Source of the DNA: Basidiobolus meristosporus CBS 931.73
Taxonomy: Eukaryota > Fungi > Basidiobolomycota
DNA: 64,000 nucleotides
Reading direction: 5' to 3'
NCBI GenBank assembly: GCA_002104905.1
Contig: MCFE01000053.1
Location: forward strand, 1-64,000
The position numbers and the translations under genes are program-made. Below the pieces are notes generated by a model. The model was not told the DNA's origin. It made no database searches and was given only the letters and a program-made list of their open reading frames with translations. This document shows, piece by piece, positions 48,300 through 60,768 of this stretch (position 1 is the first letter of the stretch; each line of letters begins with the position of its first letter).

Positions 48300-50540
48300 T
48301 TAGTTCCCGTGGGTGTTGAGGTTTTCTTCGATCTTCTTGACTACCTCCCGCGCGGAGTAGGGGATCTTGGTTCCAGGGCCGAAGATGCAGCCCACACCAG
48401 CGTTGTACAGGAAGTCGTAGTCTTGGGTAGGGATGACTCCGCCGCAGAACACAAGCACGTCATTGGCTCCTTGCTTCTTGAGTTCGGCAATCAACTCGGG
48501 AACCAACGTCTTGTGTCCTGCTGCCAGGGAGGATACGCCAACAGCATGAACATCCGAATCAATGGCCTGTCGGGCTACCTCGGCTGGGGTTTGGAACAAT
48601 GGTCCAACGTCAACATCAAATCCGAGATCCGCAAATCCAGATGCGACCACCTTGGCGCCACGGTCATGGCCGTCCTGTCCCATCTTGGCTACAAGGATAC
48701 GGGGGCGACGTCCGTGGTTTTCGCTGAAATGGTCGATCAAGCTGAGAATGCTGGAGACCTCCTCGTGATCTTTATATTCGGATTTGTAAGCGCCAGAAAC
48801 GACTCGAGTGGCTGGCAAATGGCGGCCCCAGATCTTCTCCAAAGCGTCCGAGATTTCGCCTACGGTACATCTGGCACGGGAAGCCTCGATGGAAAGCTCC
48901 AAAAGGTTGCCTTGGCCGGTCTTGGCGCATTCGGTCAAAGCATCAAGACACTGTTGTGCCTTGACTGGGTCTCTGGTGGCCTTCATCTTGTTGATTCTGT
49001 CGATCTGCTTTTGTCTGACCACGGTGTTATCGATGGCCAATACATCGACTGGGTCTTCCTTCTCTAGGCGATACTTGTTGACACCAACGATGGTTTCAAC
49101 CCCAGAGTCGATACGAGCTTGTCTCTTAGCAGCACTTTCTTCGATTCTAAGCTTAGGCATACCAGAGTCGACCGCCTTGGCCATACCACCGAGGCTTTCG
49201 ACTTCATTGATAACCTTCAATGCCTCTTCATAGATTTCATTGGTCAAGCTTTCCATCATGTAAGAGCCGGCCCAAGGATCGGCAACCTTTGGAATACAGG
49301 CTTCCTCTTGGAGAATCAGCTGGGTGTTTCTTGCAATACGTGCACTGAACTCAGTAGGCAGTCCGATGGCCTCATCGAGAGCGTTGGTATGAAGGGATTG
49401 GGTACCACCGAGGGTAGCAGCCATGGCCTCAACCGTGGTACGAATGATGTTGTTGTAAGGATCTTGCTCGGTTAGAGACCAACCAGAGGTCTGACAATGG
49501 GTTCTCAACAGGAGGGATTTGGGGTTGGTGGGGTTGAACTTCTCCTTGAGAAGATTGGCCCACAACCGTCTAGCAGCTCTCATCTTGGCCACCTCCATGT
49601 AGAAGTTCATACCGATCGCCCAGAAGAAGGAAAGTCTGGGGGCGAATTGATCGACCGTCATGCCGGCCTTGATACCAGTTCGGATATACTCAATACCATC
49701 AGCGATGGTGAACGCCAGCTCGAGCACGTTGTTCGCGCCTGCTTCCTGCATATGGTAACCAGAGATGGAAATGGAATTCCATTTGGGCATGTTCTTGGCA
49801 GTGTGGGAGAAGATATCCGCGATGATTTTCATCGACGGCTCAGGTGGGTAGATGAAGGTGTTTCTCACCATGAACTCCTTCAAGATGTCGTTCTGGATGG
49901 TTCCGGCAAGGTCCTTTTGGGTTGCTCCTTGCTCTTCAGCTGCAACCACGTACATACCAAGGATAGGCAATACGGCGCCGTTCATGGTCATGGAGACGGA
50001 CATCTTGTTCAAGGGGATGCCGTCGAATAGAATCTTCATGTCTTCCACACTGTCGATAGCTACGCCGGCCATACCCACGTCACCCGTGACTCTAGGATGG
50101 TCCGAGTCGTAGCCTCTATGGGTGGCCAAATCAAAGGCGACACTAAGACCCTGTTGACCAGCGGCCAAATTTTTACGGTAGAAACGGTTACTTTCTTCGA
50201 CCGTACTGAACCCGGCGTACTGACGAATGGTCCAAGGACGAGCGGTGTACATGGTGGCGTATGGGCCGCGGGTGTAGGGGAACTTCCCCGGAAGCTCATC
50301 TGGAAGGTTTGGTACGTCCGCCTTTGTGTAGACGGGTTTGACGTCGATCCCTTCCGCGGTTTTCCACTTCAGGGCCTCCGCGGGGTCCTTGCCTTTCAGC
50401 TCTTTGGTGGCAAGTTTCACCCAATCCTCAGGGAGTGGGTGCTTGAAAGTTCTGGCTTTGGTCCCAGAGAAGCTTCTTATCGAGCCGAGTATAGGAAGAG
50501 GTCTTTTGATTGCGCTTCTTAGAGCAAAAGTGTAAGTCAT
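48300..50540 (-). CDS. MUT: Adenosylcobalamin-dependent methylmalonyl-CoA mutase, mitochondrial, intronless
   Basis: Presequence; [45 protein letters not shown]12-binding DGHDRG. Confidence 0.97.
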   Translation of the reverse strand: MTYTFALRSAIKRPLPILGSIRSFSGTKARTFKHPLPEDWVKLATKELKGKDPAEALKWKTAEGIDVKPVYTKADVPNLPDELPGKFPYTRGPYATMYTARPWTIRQYAGFSTVEESNRFYRKNLAAGQQGLSVAFDLATHRGYDSDHPRVTGDVGMAGVAIDSVEDMKILFDGIPLNKMSVSMTMNGAVLPILGMYVVAAEEQGATQKDLAGTIQNDILKEFMVRNTFIYPPEPSMKIIADIFSHTAKNMPKWNSISISGYHMQEAGANNVLELAFTIADGIEYIRTGIKAGMTVDQFAPRLSFFWAIGMNFYMEVAKMRAARRLWANLLKEKFNPTNPKSLLLRTHCQTSGWSLTEQDPYNNIIRTTVEAMAATLGGTQSLHTNALDEAIGLPTEFSARIARNTQLILQEEACIPKVADPWAGSYMMESLTNEIYEEALKVINEVESLGGMAKAVDSGMPKLRIEESAAKRQARIDSGVETIVGVNKYRLEKEDPVDVLAIDNTVVRQKQIDRINKMKATRDPVKAQQCLDALTECAKTGQGNLLELSIEASRARCTVGEISDALEKIWGRHLPATRVVSGAYKSEYKDHEEVSSILSLIDHFSENHGRRPRILVAKMGQDGHDRGAKVVASGFADLGFDVDVGPLFQTPAEVARQAIDSDVHAVGVSSLAAGHKTLVPELIAELKKQGANDVLVFCGGVIPTQDYDFLYNAGVGCIFGPGTKIPYSAREVVKKIEENLNTHGN

Positions 50541-51974
50541 TTATGGGGAAACCGGTAGGCTAGTAAAGGTTTGGGAGAAAGAGGGAGTCAAGTGTGGGGT
50601 AATACGTAGGGAACACCTCACTGCAGTGGTGTGGGGATATATATTTATGTGCAAAGCGCGGAGAAGGTTTAGGCAAGTGATACGAAGCTGGGCCAGCTGG
50701 TGGATAGGAATTTAAATAGGGAATGCTAAACTACAGGGAGTGGCTGAATGACCGATGATTTTAATCATCACTAATCCATCCGGTCGCCGCCTGCTTTTGA
50801 AAAGCACGGATTTCGGGCTCGTTGAAATGAATGGGTTTTGCGAATCCACCGATAACGCCATCCAGAAAGGGGCCGATCTGGATAGACTCTGGACTCCAGC
50901 AAGTGAAACTTTTGCCGACTGTTGATTAATGTTGCCATAGTGTGGGTCCGATTGATTCCTCCTTATTAGGCAGGCGAAATGTGGCTTAGGGAGGTTGGTT
51001 GCGACGTCAAGAAGCGAAGGTTGTCTCTAGCGAAGTGGTCTTTGAGGAGCTGATCCGACGGTTCTTGCTCCACCAGATGGATTCCCAAGGCCGTGTGAGT
51101 GTGGGAAAGCTGTTCGGTTGAAATTCACGTCATCCGCCTTCCCTTGCCGCCCTTACCCCCGACCATGAAAATCGCCGCTGACAACTACCCCGGCATCTTC
51201 ATGTTACACAAGGCAGTAGAACATACGCGTGAGAAAAACCGCCGACCTTCAATCAAGCACATATACAATGGCTCATTCTTAAGCTCACATACAATGGCCC
51301 ATTCTAGAGTCGAGATCTGGCCATGGAGCTAAATGTCTCAGACGACCGTTGGTTTCCCGTAAAGTTAATCCGTTGATTCATTAGATAAGGCTTAGGCATT
51401 CGAAGTCTCCGTCAAGCACCTATTGGGCACTAGGTCCTGACTTTTAATTCAAATTCCGATCGACTTCAACTGCCAGTTCGGTTTGTAATACCACCTGTGT
51501 TCAATGACGGGCGGGAGAGTGATTGGTGTGTATGCAGCGTTCAACGGAAAATTGGATTTCGGTGGGAGTTTTCTGTTGAATAGGCCTGCACGGAAGCTTA
51601 GGTGGTTTGGCGAACGTACTTGATATCTAGTGGTTTTTTCCTTGCTGAATGCCATAGCATCGTTCCAGGTGACTGCAAAACATTCGTATCACTTTTGATT
51701 GTTCACATCCTCCGATGTCTTACCTATGATCTATCTGTTGGAAACTAACTCGATCTATGGATTGGCTCTGGATTTCCTTGATTTGATACTTAAATAGCTG
51801 ATTACCACAAAATCGATGATTCCTTGTCACCCAAAACATTCCATATTTTGTGCATTAATCTTGACTGGCCTTGCCCAGCTCATTGCATTGTTCAGGCATT
51901 GAAAGGCAAGTCCAAGGATCTCATCACCTGCAATGAGCTACAGTGTAAAGGTTGGATAAAAGCACTTTAAGAAC

Positions 51975-52193
51975 ATGGCAGAAACAAAAACTGGACACAA
52001 ACTGAAAGGACTACAAAGTGACAATCAAGGGGAGTACTGTTCTAAAGTGTTTGCTAAGTACTGCTCAACCACTGGCATACTGCTACAGACAACTGTTCCT
52101 CATACACCAAAGCAAAATCCTATTCAAAATAATTGTCATGATCCCATCAAAAGGCTGTCACAAATGCCAGTTCTCTCACTTTCCAATCCCTGA
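51975..52193 (+). pseudogene. Ty1/Copia integrase relic
   Basis: LKGLQSDNQGEYCSKVFAKYCSTTGILLQTTVPHTPKQN resembles the SDNGGEY...GI...TPQQN core, then breaks off. Confidence 0.75.
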
Positions 52194-52690
52194 CACTGAA
52201 TCATCTCCTACATTTGGGTACATTGATTGGCTATTGCCTCCTTTTCACCCTCCTCACTTTCTGACTCAACCAATGCTTATACTTCTCATGCATATAAATT
52301 GCTTATTTCTGTTTAATCATCAGTTATAGCTCAATTGTAGACTGTACTGACCTATGCAAGTCCCTTTACCTAACAATAACATTAAGCCTAACCTCACACT
52401 CAACAAGTAACTCCATTAGCATCCACCATTGAAAAAGTGTCTCTGTTGTAATGGTGTTTGCCCATGACTTTGGCAGGAACCTTACCCTATGAAAAATAAT
52501 TTGGTCCAGCAGGTGGATCCAATCTGGATCAGCTGTCATGATTCTGTTTGGAGACTGTCATAATACTAGCAGCTTGGAATCAGTGACCCTCTTGACAATC
52601 TTATGATGGGATCACAACAGTGTTTTGCTAATTTTACTGCCAAATAAAGTTATAAAACTTGACAGGGTTTAATTAGTGCTGTGACAATAA

Positions 52691-52900
52691 TTGGATGGCA
52701 TTGTTGTGGTCTTAATGTGCTCTACAACTATTTTAAATGGATCTAACCGGCCAGTACATCCAATTGCCTTATATGGCAAAAAACTTAACAGTGTTTTGAC
52801 AGCCTCTCAGCAAGTCTCTGATGGCATTATTACTGCAGTATGGCAGCCTACAGCTAGTTCTGTACAATATCACTGTACCAATTTACCAAATGGTATTTCC
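52691..52900 (+). pseudogene. Probable Gypsy RNase H relic
   Basis: GIVVVL...PVHPIALYGKKL resembles the G-A-VL...HPIAFxSKKL motif; surrounding frame is decayed. Confidence 0.45.
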
Positions 52901-54866
52901 TCTTTCTACCTCTCCTTGTGCAATTCATATATTCCATTGTGGAATCACCCCTCTTTATTTGCTCACTCACTACTACCTTTGGTATTCCACATATAGTTCA
53001 AATCAAAAAATACTATGGCCTCCTGCATACTAACCTCTACAAACACACACACCTGCTGTTGTAAAAATTCAAAATTCCACCTAAATATTCACCTAACTTA
53101 GTCACTTAGATCATTGCCTTCAAATCCTAGAGAATACTGACCAAATTCCTTGTTGGGATTTACTTAGAATATTTACCCAGAACATGAAAATTAGATAAGT
53201 CATCCAAACAGCCCCAAACTTTGCACACATGCTCTTGGGAGCTTCCTTAGCCTATTCTACATGTTTGTAATGCTAAGACCATGTAAAAGTATAAATACTA
53301 CTTTTACATCTAATAAATCATCAAGTGAGAACCACATAGTATACTTGTTCTCCCAATCACTTCCAATATCTCCAAGACTCTTACAACACCTGCAGCAATT
53401 GACATACTTCTCTCATCTCAAATTTATGGCTTTATAGTGTGATACTTGCAAAGTTGCCATATGCCTTGTACTGCTGGTAGAATATACATCTTGCAAACAT
53501 AAGCTTGGTTGCCACCACTTCTGCCATTAATACTTCCTGAATATCCACAAAGAACCTTTTGGTATTTAGCCAATATATTAGTTCATGCATTGGTAAAATA
53601 ATAACACATGTAAGTTGATATTTAGCCTGAATTTAGATTTAAAGAATATTTAAAGCAAAACTTTTGTTGAATATTTGTTTTTCATGACAAAAAGAGCTTT
53701 ATGAAATAAAACCTGGATAAAACTAATATCACATCTACAATATGCTTAAAATAAACTAAACTTTTGTCAAATAATCTTTATCTTGTGCAAAAAAGTGTCA
53801 AAAACAAGTCGTCAAAGCAACTTTTGGATAATGGATAAAGCTAATATTACATTTACAATTTTATTTAAAACAAATTAAACTTTTGTCAAATATTAATTGG
53901 CTAGAATTGCAGCTTTTTTCTTGCCCTTCCCTGTCTCAGGCTTGGGTAGACTTTTTTCCCTTTACCATTCTCTTTATTGTTGCCAGGACTTCACTGCTAC
54001 TTTGTCTGAGTGCCTCTTGTATTGAACTACATTTTCTCCTTGATAGATGCTGCTCTGATGCATCTGTTTTGGCCTTCTTGTCCCTTGCTGGCACTCAACT
54101 GGTAATCTGATGCTTTTTCCCCCGCTTATTTTGAGATCTCAGCCCATACTGTGACAGGCTCCTGAGGTAGCCATAGGCTTTTATCACTGCCCTTCACTAC
54201 TACTCTGACTGAGTGCTTTTTAAGTGGAACTACACTTTTCCTTGATATATGTTATGCTAGTGCATCTGTGTCTGCTTGCTTTGTCCTTATTGGGACTCTT
54301 CCAGCTACCTGATGTCTCTTTGATGCTTGTTTGGAGCTTTTGGCCCTGCTTGTAATGAGCTTTTGAAGAAGCTACTGGTTCTTAGCCATTGTACCCTTAT
54401 TCTTCTGCCATTGATAGTTTCTGCTATACTAAAGATGATTTCTTAGCAAACCAAAGCTGGCTCAAAATCTGTTTGCTTGTTTGAATCCCAGATGATGATC
54501 ATGGCACAAGTCAAGCACATTCTGCTTGGCCTTGAGTTCCTGATGTTCCTATCATATGCCAGCCTTAAGGTGTTGGTGTGCTAGATTTCTAACAGCCTCT
54601 TGAATATTGGCCCACTCTTCATCATAGCACTGAACAGCTTCACCTATCTTCAATATGTTTTGATTTTTGGGATTTGGTATAGTTGCTACATTTTCTCCCT
54701 CACATGCTGTGATAGGTTTCTTTGTGGGCTTTATCTTTGAACACTATTGTTATGCTTCAAAGACTGTACAGTGTTCCTCTTCTGTTACACCAGGAAATGG
54801 CTCAATTCTTGGCTGTGACATTTAGCTACTTAAGTTCCTTCTTTGCTGCAAAGATACTGCTTTGTC

Positions 54867-55387
54867 TGTCATGATCACATGACAGCCATGAACACCCATG
54901 CCAAGTTTTGGCTTCCTAGCTCAATTTCTAAGAGATTCCTTCTGGAACCTTCTACCACCTTCCAAAAAGTTCCTGACCATTCCAAACCATTGTTACACAA
55001 TGGAACATTCCATGGAAGCTTTCCATTGTATTTTTCATAGTCCAGTACCATATATGGAAATACCAGGTCACATGACTTAGTCACATGATCAGGTGACCCA
55101 ATCCATTTCCCCATCCTGTCTCAGTGCCGTGTCATCTATGTCATTATCCCCAGCACCATTGCTGTGCCTCACCCCACAACCCCATTAGTATTAGCTAATA
55201 TCTCTTGGCATCAGTATAGCCAAAAAGTATATATAGTCCTATCCCCCCTTAAGTATTCCTCAGTCTGATAAACACAGGTCTTGAATAAACAGCCTTGCCT
55301 TGAATCCTGCCTTGCCTTGATGGTCCACACCTAAGTCCTTTCCTGCTGTGCCTAGCTTTTCCTCCTGCCTTGTGTCTATTCATAACA
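54867..55387 (+). repeat. 5' LTR of element 2
   Basis: Direct repeat of 60248-60768; TATATATA at 55228-55235. Confidence 0.97.
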
Positions 55388-55793
55388 GTTTTATCAGACT
55401 CCCCTGACTTACCTGTGGATCCCTGCCTTCTGCCCAAAGTTTGAAGAAAACTTGTAAAAGGAATACTCACCGTAAGTATCACCCATCATCTTTCCCTAGT
55501 CTTGTCCTATAAAGGCAAAGATACTTTATCTTTGTAAAACTATTGGTCAAAGCTGCATTCACTTTATTACCCTGCTGGTGGAGTTTACAGTTGTTACAGT
55601 ATTGGAAGCTTTAGTACAATACTCTATCAAAGGACGTTGAAACCAGTACCTTCTGAAGTGACGCTAACTTATTTAAGTTGGGGATTGTGGCTCAATAGTT
55701 GTATTCTTGACATACTAGTGGCTTTACAAACCCACAACCTAGTTTAGTATATTCCGGTATTCCTTGCAAGTTCACCCGCCTTCCTCTGCTACC

Positions 55794-56726
55794 ATGTCCA
55801 ACCTAGAGCTGAACTTTGCCCAGCTCATGGCTGCCTTTACCCAACTGCAGCAAGACCATGCAGACCTCAGAAACACTCTTGCTCAGTTCCAGAACCAAAG
55901 TGTCCAGCAAACTAGCCATGTCCCAGTCTACCAAGAACCCAAGTATACTCCTGCTACCAAGTTCAATGGCTCTCAGAATGAATTCCGTGGCTTCATCAAC
56001 ATGGTGAAGAACAACCTTGCACTCCAGCCCAACCGGTACCCCACTGACCAGGCCAAAGTTGGTTTCATCTCCAACCTGCTTACTGGTACAGCTCTCAAGT
56101 GGTTCTCCCCATTAGTGGAGACCAACTCTCCCCTACTCAGAGACTACCAAGCTTTTCTCACAGAAATGGAGCTAACGTTTGGTAATCTTGACCAAGCCAG
56201 AACTGCTGCCAACAAGATCAAGACCCTCAAGCAAGGGAACAAACCAGCATCAGTATATGCCTCAGAATTCCGACAACTCTCCAGTGACCTCAGCTCCTGG
56301 GGTCAAGCAGCCTTGATAAGCCAATTCCAAGATGGCCTCAATGATGAAGTTTGTGATCTGCTACTCACACTCCCAGATCCAGATACATTGGTTGAAGCTA
56401 TGCACCAAGCAATCCGGTGTGATAACAGACTATTCCAGAAGAAGCAAAAGAACCATCAAAGACACATTCCTGTTGCAGTCCCAGCCCCTCCTGCTCCCCA
56501 AGTCACTCCAGAAGATCCTATGCAGATTGATAGTGCCAAATACAAGAAACTATCAAAGAGTGAAAAGTCCAGACGTCAACAAGCCAACCTCTGTCTATAC
56601 TGCGGCCAACCAGGTCACTTTGCCAAGTCCTGCCCCAACAAGAAGTCCAGCTTCAAGCTGATGCAGTCCTCCAGCAACCAACCTGATCCAGATCTGTCGG
56701 GAAACTCCAATGTCCAGTTGCACTGA
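55794..56726 (+). CDS. gag: Gag of element 2 (PEG10/RTL1-like capsid, CCHC knuckle)
   Basis: [13 protein letters not shown]...[55 protein letters not shown]. Confidence 0.93.
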   Translation: MSNLELNFAQLMAAFTQLQQDHADLRNTLAQFQNQSVQQTSHVPVYQEPKYTPATKFNGSQNEFRGFINMVKNNLALQPNRYPTDQAKVGFISNLLTGTALKWFSPLVETNSPLLRDYQAFLTEMELTFGNLDQARTAANKIKTLKQGNKPASVYASEFRQLSSDLSSWGQAALISQFQDGLNDEVCDLLLTLPDPDTLVEAMHQAIRCDNRLFQKKQKNHQRHIPVAVPAPPAPQVTPEDPMQIDSAKYKKLSKSEKSRRQQANLCLYCGQPGHFAKSCPNKKSSFKLMQSSSNQPDPDLSGNSNVQLH

Positions 56727-56819
56727 CAGGCTTGCAACTGGACCCACCCATGAAAATCCAGCATATCCAAGCATCTTCCTTTGCCACAAAATCTATCCAG
56801 TCCTTGAGAATGCCTGTCA
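56699..56819 (+). other. -1 ribosomal frameshift signal (slippery heptamer plus stem-loop/pseudoknot)
   Basis: G GGA AAC in gag frame at 56699-56705, 6-nt spacer, perfect 11-bp stem (56712-56722/56733-56743). Pol frame is -1 and open from 56687. Confidence 0.88.
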
Positions 56820-59800
56820 AAATCCAGATCCCTGACTCCAGTCCTGTCCCAGCCCTAGCCCTGATTGATTCCGGTGCTTCATCCTGTTTCATTGACCAAG
56901 CCTTTGTCCAGAAGCACTCTATTCCTGTTACCTTAAAATCCTGTCCAGTCCAAGTAGAAGTTATTGATGGAAGATCACTCTCCTCTGGTGCCATTACCCA
57001 TGAAACATGCTTACTCCAGCTGTCCAGTACTGCCCACCAAGAAAGAATCGCCTTCAACATCATCAACTCACCACACTATCCTATTGTGCTTGGAAGCTCA
57101 TGGTTGAGCTACCACAATCCAAGTATTGATTGGAAATCCAAGATCCTGTCATTCACCAGATCCCACCAAGTCAACTCCATGAAATCTCCAGACCCAGATA
57201 ACCGTGAAAAGACGGTTGCCAACAGTTCAACAGCCCAAGATACCTTACCAGCTGAAGGAGCCCCCTCAGCAACTATACCAGCCAAGTACCAAGAGTTTGC
57301 CCATGTCTTTGACAAGAAGAAAGCAGAACTCCTCCCTGACCATCGGCCTTATGACTGCCCTATTGACCTTGAAGATGGAAAAGTCCCTCCATTTGGCCCA
57401 ATATATAACCTCTCCCAGCCGGAGTTGAAAGAACTTCAAGGTTATATTCAAGAAAACCTCCAGAAGGGTTTTATTCAGCACTCCAAATCACCTGCTGGAG
57501 CCCCAATCCTCTTTGTCAAGAAGAAGGATGGCACCCTCAGAATGTGTGTGGACTACCGTGCTTTGAATAAGATCACAGTCAAGAACCGCTACCCCCTGCC
57601 CCTGATCAACACACTGTTGGATCAGCTATCTGCTGCCCAAGTCTTCACCAAGATAGACTTGAGAGGAGCTTACAATCTTGTCAGAATCAAGCCTGGTGAT
57701 GAATGGAAAACTGCCTTTTGCACAAGATATGGTCACTTTGAGTACAAAGTAATGCCATTTGGCCTCACCAATGCCCCTGCTGTGTTTCAACACCTCATGA
57801 ATGACATATTCCGTGAATACCTTGACCATTTTGTGGTAATCTACCTTGATGATATTCTCATATACTCCAAGAGCCAAGATGAACATGATGAACATGTCAA
57901 GAAAGTATTGAGAAAACTAGACTCTGCCGGTCTCTATGCCAAGCTAGAGAAGTGTGAATTTGACCAGAGAGAAGTGGAATTTCTTGGTTATCTCATCAGC
58001 CCTGAGGGAACAAGAATGGACCCAAAGAAAGTTGACTCAGTCCAATCCTGGAAAACTCCAAGCTCAGTCAAGGAAGTACAATCCTTCCTGGGATTTGCCA
58101 ACTTCTATTGCAGGTTCATAGCCAACTACTCCAAGATAGTCACCCCTCTGACAAAGCTTACCCAGAAGAACACACCTTTTGCCTGGAATGAGGAGCAATC
58201 CAGCTCATTCAACCAACTCAAGAAATCTTTCCTGAAGGCCCCCCTGCTTGCCCACCCTGACCTTGAGAAGCAATTCATAGTGGAGACTGATGCTTCTGAT
58301 TTTGCCCTTGGTGCCATACTCTCCCAGTATGATGGGGACAATGTGTTGCACCCCATTGCATTCTACTCTTGGAAGTTTTCCCCTGCAGAGATCAACTATG
58401 ATATCTATGATAAGGAGTTGCTTGCAATCATTGTAGCCTTTGAGCAATGGAGACACTACCTGGACGGTGCAAAACACAAAATCAAAGTCTTCTGTGACCA
58501 TAAGAACCTTGAGTACTTTGCAACTTCCAAAGTACTAAACCGGAGACAAGCCAGATGGTCACTCTTCCTGTCCAGCTTTGACTTTACTATCACCTATAGA
58601 CCTGGTGCAAAACAAGGAAAGCCTGATGCCCTGTCCAGAAAAAAGGAATATGCCCTGGAAGAGGGAGATGATGCCTGTTGGCAAATGGAACACCCATTCC
58701 TGAGCAAGAAACATTTTGAGATTCTTGCCACCCAGTCCTCAAGTCTTGTCATCCCTTCATTCCTAGTAAGGATATCAGAAGCCCAAGCCTCTGATATGAC
58801 TTCCAACACCGTGAAGAAATATCTGGAATCCCCAGTTGGGCCCCCTCCCAAGTTCCCAAACATCCAGAACCTGCATTTGGTAAACAACCTCATCTACCAC
58901 AAGCAGCAGCTCTATGTCCCAGACCTTGCCACCCAGCTAGACATCATTAAGTCTCGGCATGATTCAATGGCTGCAGGCCACTTTGGTACTGCCAAAACCT
59001 TAAATGCTATCAAAAGAGATTTCTGGTGGCCTAGAATGATAACTCTTATCAAAGAGTACATTCTGACTTGTGATATTTGCAACCGTGCAAAACCAGCCAG
59101 ACACCAGCTCTATGGACTTCTTCAGCCCTTGCCTATCCCAGAACACCAATGGAGATCTATATCTATGGACTTCATTACTGACCTCCCTGAGTCATGTGGC
59201 TTCAATGCTATACTTGTAGTGGCTGACCGGCTGACCAAGATGGCTCACTTTATCCCTTGCTGTAAGAACACTGATGCAAAAGAAACTGCTGCTTTAGTCC
59301 TGAAGAATATTTTCCGCCTTCATGGTATCCCCAGTGATATTGTGTCAGATAGAGGCCCACAGTTTGTGTCCAAGTTTTGGAAACACTTCATGAAATACTT
59401 TGGTGTTCAAGTCAAGCTCTCTACTGCTTTCCATCCACAGTCTGATGGCCAGACTGAAAGAATCAACCAGATTCTAGAGCAATACCTCCGGTGCTATATC
59501 AATTACCAGCAAGACAATTGGGTTGATCTACTCCCTGTTGCTGAGTTTGCCTACAACAACTCAAGCCATAGTGCAACCGGTTTTACACCATTCTATGCAA
59601 ACTATGGATTCCACCCTCAGTTTGATATCCAGATTCCAACAAACCCAATGAGCCCACATGCGGCTGAACATGCCCAAGCAATCCAGGACATCCAGAATAC
59701 CCTCAAGGAAGAACTATCCTTAGCTCAGGAAAGCTACAAGAAATTTGCCAATCTAAAACAGCATCCCAGCCCTGATCTTAATGAAGGAGATTTTGTATGG

Positions 59801-60247
59801 CTGCTCAGAAGAAACATCAGCACCAACCGCCCTTGTGACAAATTGGATTTCAAGAAACTTGGTCCTTTCAAGATCAAGAAGAAGCTTAGCCCTATAGTAT
59901 ATCAGCTACAGTTACCAGCAAGTATGAAAATCCATGATACTTTCCATGTGTTCCTCCTGGAGCCGTATTGTAGGAACACCTTGCCAAACCGGCAAGAAGC
60001 AAAGCCCCAAGCTATCCAGGTTGACCAACATCAAGAATTTGAAGTTAAACAGATTCTAGACTCCAAGTATATCCGGTCAAAGCTGTACTACTTAGTAGAC
60101 TGGATTGGTTATGGCCCAAGTGACCAAACATGGGAACCAGCTACACATCTCACTAATTGTCAAGAACTAGTTACCCAGTTCCACCAACAATATCCTGCAA
60201 AACCTGCCCCAAAGGGAAACAGAGCTTTGCCTGGAAGAGGAGAATAG
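56732..60247 (+). CDS. pol: Pol of element 2 (protease, RT, RNase H, integrase, chromodomain); expressed by frameshift
   Basis: [23 protein letters not shown]...CDIC, SMDFI, GPF; chromodomain EFEVKQILD...[17 protein letters not shown]. Confidence 0.96.
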   Translation: MQLDPPMKIQHIQASSFATKSIQSLRMPVKIQIPDSSPVPALALIDSGASSCFIDQAFVQKHSIPVTLKSCPVQVEVIDGRSLSSGAITHETCLLQLSSTAHQERIAFNIINSPHYPIVLGSSWLSYHNPSIDWKSKILSFTRSHQVNSMKSPDPDNREKTVANSSTAQDTLPAEGAPSATIPAKYQEFAHVFDKKKAELLPDHRPYDCPIDLEDGKVPPFGPIYNLSQPELKELQGYIQENLQKGFIQHSKSPAGAPILFVKKKDGTLRMCVDYRALNKITVKNRYPLPLINTLLDQLSAAQVFTKIDLRGAYNLVRIKPGDEWKTAFCTRYGHFEYKVMPFGLTNAPAVFQHLMNDIFREYLDHFVVIYLDDILIYSKSQDEHDEHVKKVLRKLDSAGLYAKLEKCEFDQREVEFLGYLISPEGTRMDPKKVDSVQSWKTPSSVKEVQSFLGFANFYCRFIANYSKIVTPLTKLTQKNTPFAWNEEQSSSFNQLKKSFLKAPLLAHPDLEKQFIVETDASDFALGAILSQYDGDNVLHPIAFYSWKFSPAEINYDIYDKELLAIIVAFEQWRHYLDGAKHKIKVFCDHKNLEYFATSKVLNRRQARWSLFLSSFDFTITYRPGAKQGKPDALSRKKEYALEEGDDACWQMEHPFLSKKHFEILATQSSSLVIPSFLVRISEAQASDMTSNTVKKYLESPVGPPPKFPNIQNLHLVNNLIYHKQQLYVPDLATQLDIIKSRHDSMAAGHFGTAKTLNAIKRDFWWPRMITLIKEYILTCDICNRAKPARHQLYGLLQPLPIPEHQWRSISMDFITDLPESCGFNAILVVADRLTKMAHFIPCCKNTDAKETAALVLKNIFRLHGIPSDIVSDRGPQFVSKFWKHFMKYFGVQVKLSTAFHPQSDGQTERINQILEQYLRCYINYQQDNWVDLLPVAEFAYNNSSHSATGFTPFYANYGFHPQFDIQIPTNPMSPHAAEHAQAIQDIQNTLKEELSLAQESYKKFANLKQHPSPDLNEGDFVWLLRRNISTNRPCDKLDFKKLGPFKIKKKLSPIVYQLQLPASMKIHDTFHVFLLEPYCRNTLPNRQEAKPQAIQVDQHQEFEVKQILDSKYIRSKLYYLVDWIGYGPSDQTWEPATHLTNCQELVTQFHQQYPAKPAPKGNRALPGRGE

Positions 60248-60768
60248 TGTCATGATCACATGACAGCCATGAACACCCATGCCAAGTTTTGGCTTCCTAG
60301 CTCAATTTCTAAGAGATTCCTTCTGGAACCTTCTACCACCTTCCAGAAAGTTCCTGACCATTCCAAACCATTGTTACACAATGGAACATTCCATGGAAGC
60401 TTTCCATCGTATTTTTCATAGTCCAGTACCATATATGGAAATACCAGGTCACATGACTTAGTCACATGATCAGGTGACCCAATCCATTTCCCCATCCTGT
60501 CTCAGTGCTGTGTCATCTATGTCATTATCCCCAGCACCATTGCTGTGCCTCACCCCACAACCCCATTAGTATTAGCTAATATCTCTTGGCATCAGTATAG
60601 CCAAAAAGTATATATAGTCCTATCCCCCCTTAAGTATTCCTCAGTCTGATAAACACTGGTCTTGAATAAACAGCCTTGCCTTGAATCCTGCCTTGCCTTG
60701 ATGGTCCACACCTAAGTCCTTTCCTGCCGTGCCTAGCTTTTCCTCCTGCCTTGTGTCTATTCATAACA
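60248..60768 (+). repeat. 3' LTR of element 2
   Basis: Matches the 5' LTR at a constant 5381-bp offset. Confidence 0.97.

Larger units (their letters stand above)
54867..60768 (+). mobile_element. Full-length Ty3/Gypsy chromovirus of sushi/Tf1 type (element 2)
   Basis: 521-bp LTRs (54867-55387, 60248-60768) with 5 differences, TG...CA ends, 5-bp TSD TTGTC (54862-54866, 60769-60773), purine tract GGAAGAGGAGAA before the 3' LTR. Confidence 0.97.

Noticed and set aside
46519-50540. CorA transporter beside MUT as a cobalt/B12 module
   Set aside because: The protein is an ordinary ALR1/MNR2-type Mg2+ transporter, the genes are convergent, and fungi do not build cobalamin from free cobalt; adjacency alone is not evidence.
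48300-50540. Recent bacterial transfer of the intronless MUT gene
   Set aside because: It has a mitochondrial presequence, host-like codon usage and animal-type single-chain architecture; other native genes here are also intronless.
50740-51180. Possible short exons upstream of MUT
   Set aside because: Some frames look protein-like, but I could not join them with consistent splice sites or recognise a family; RNA-seq is needed.
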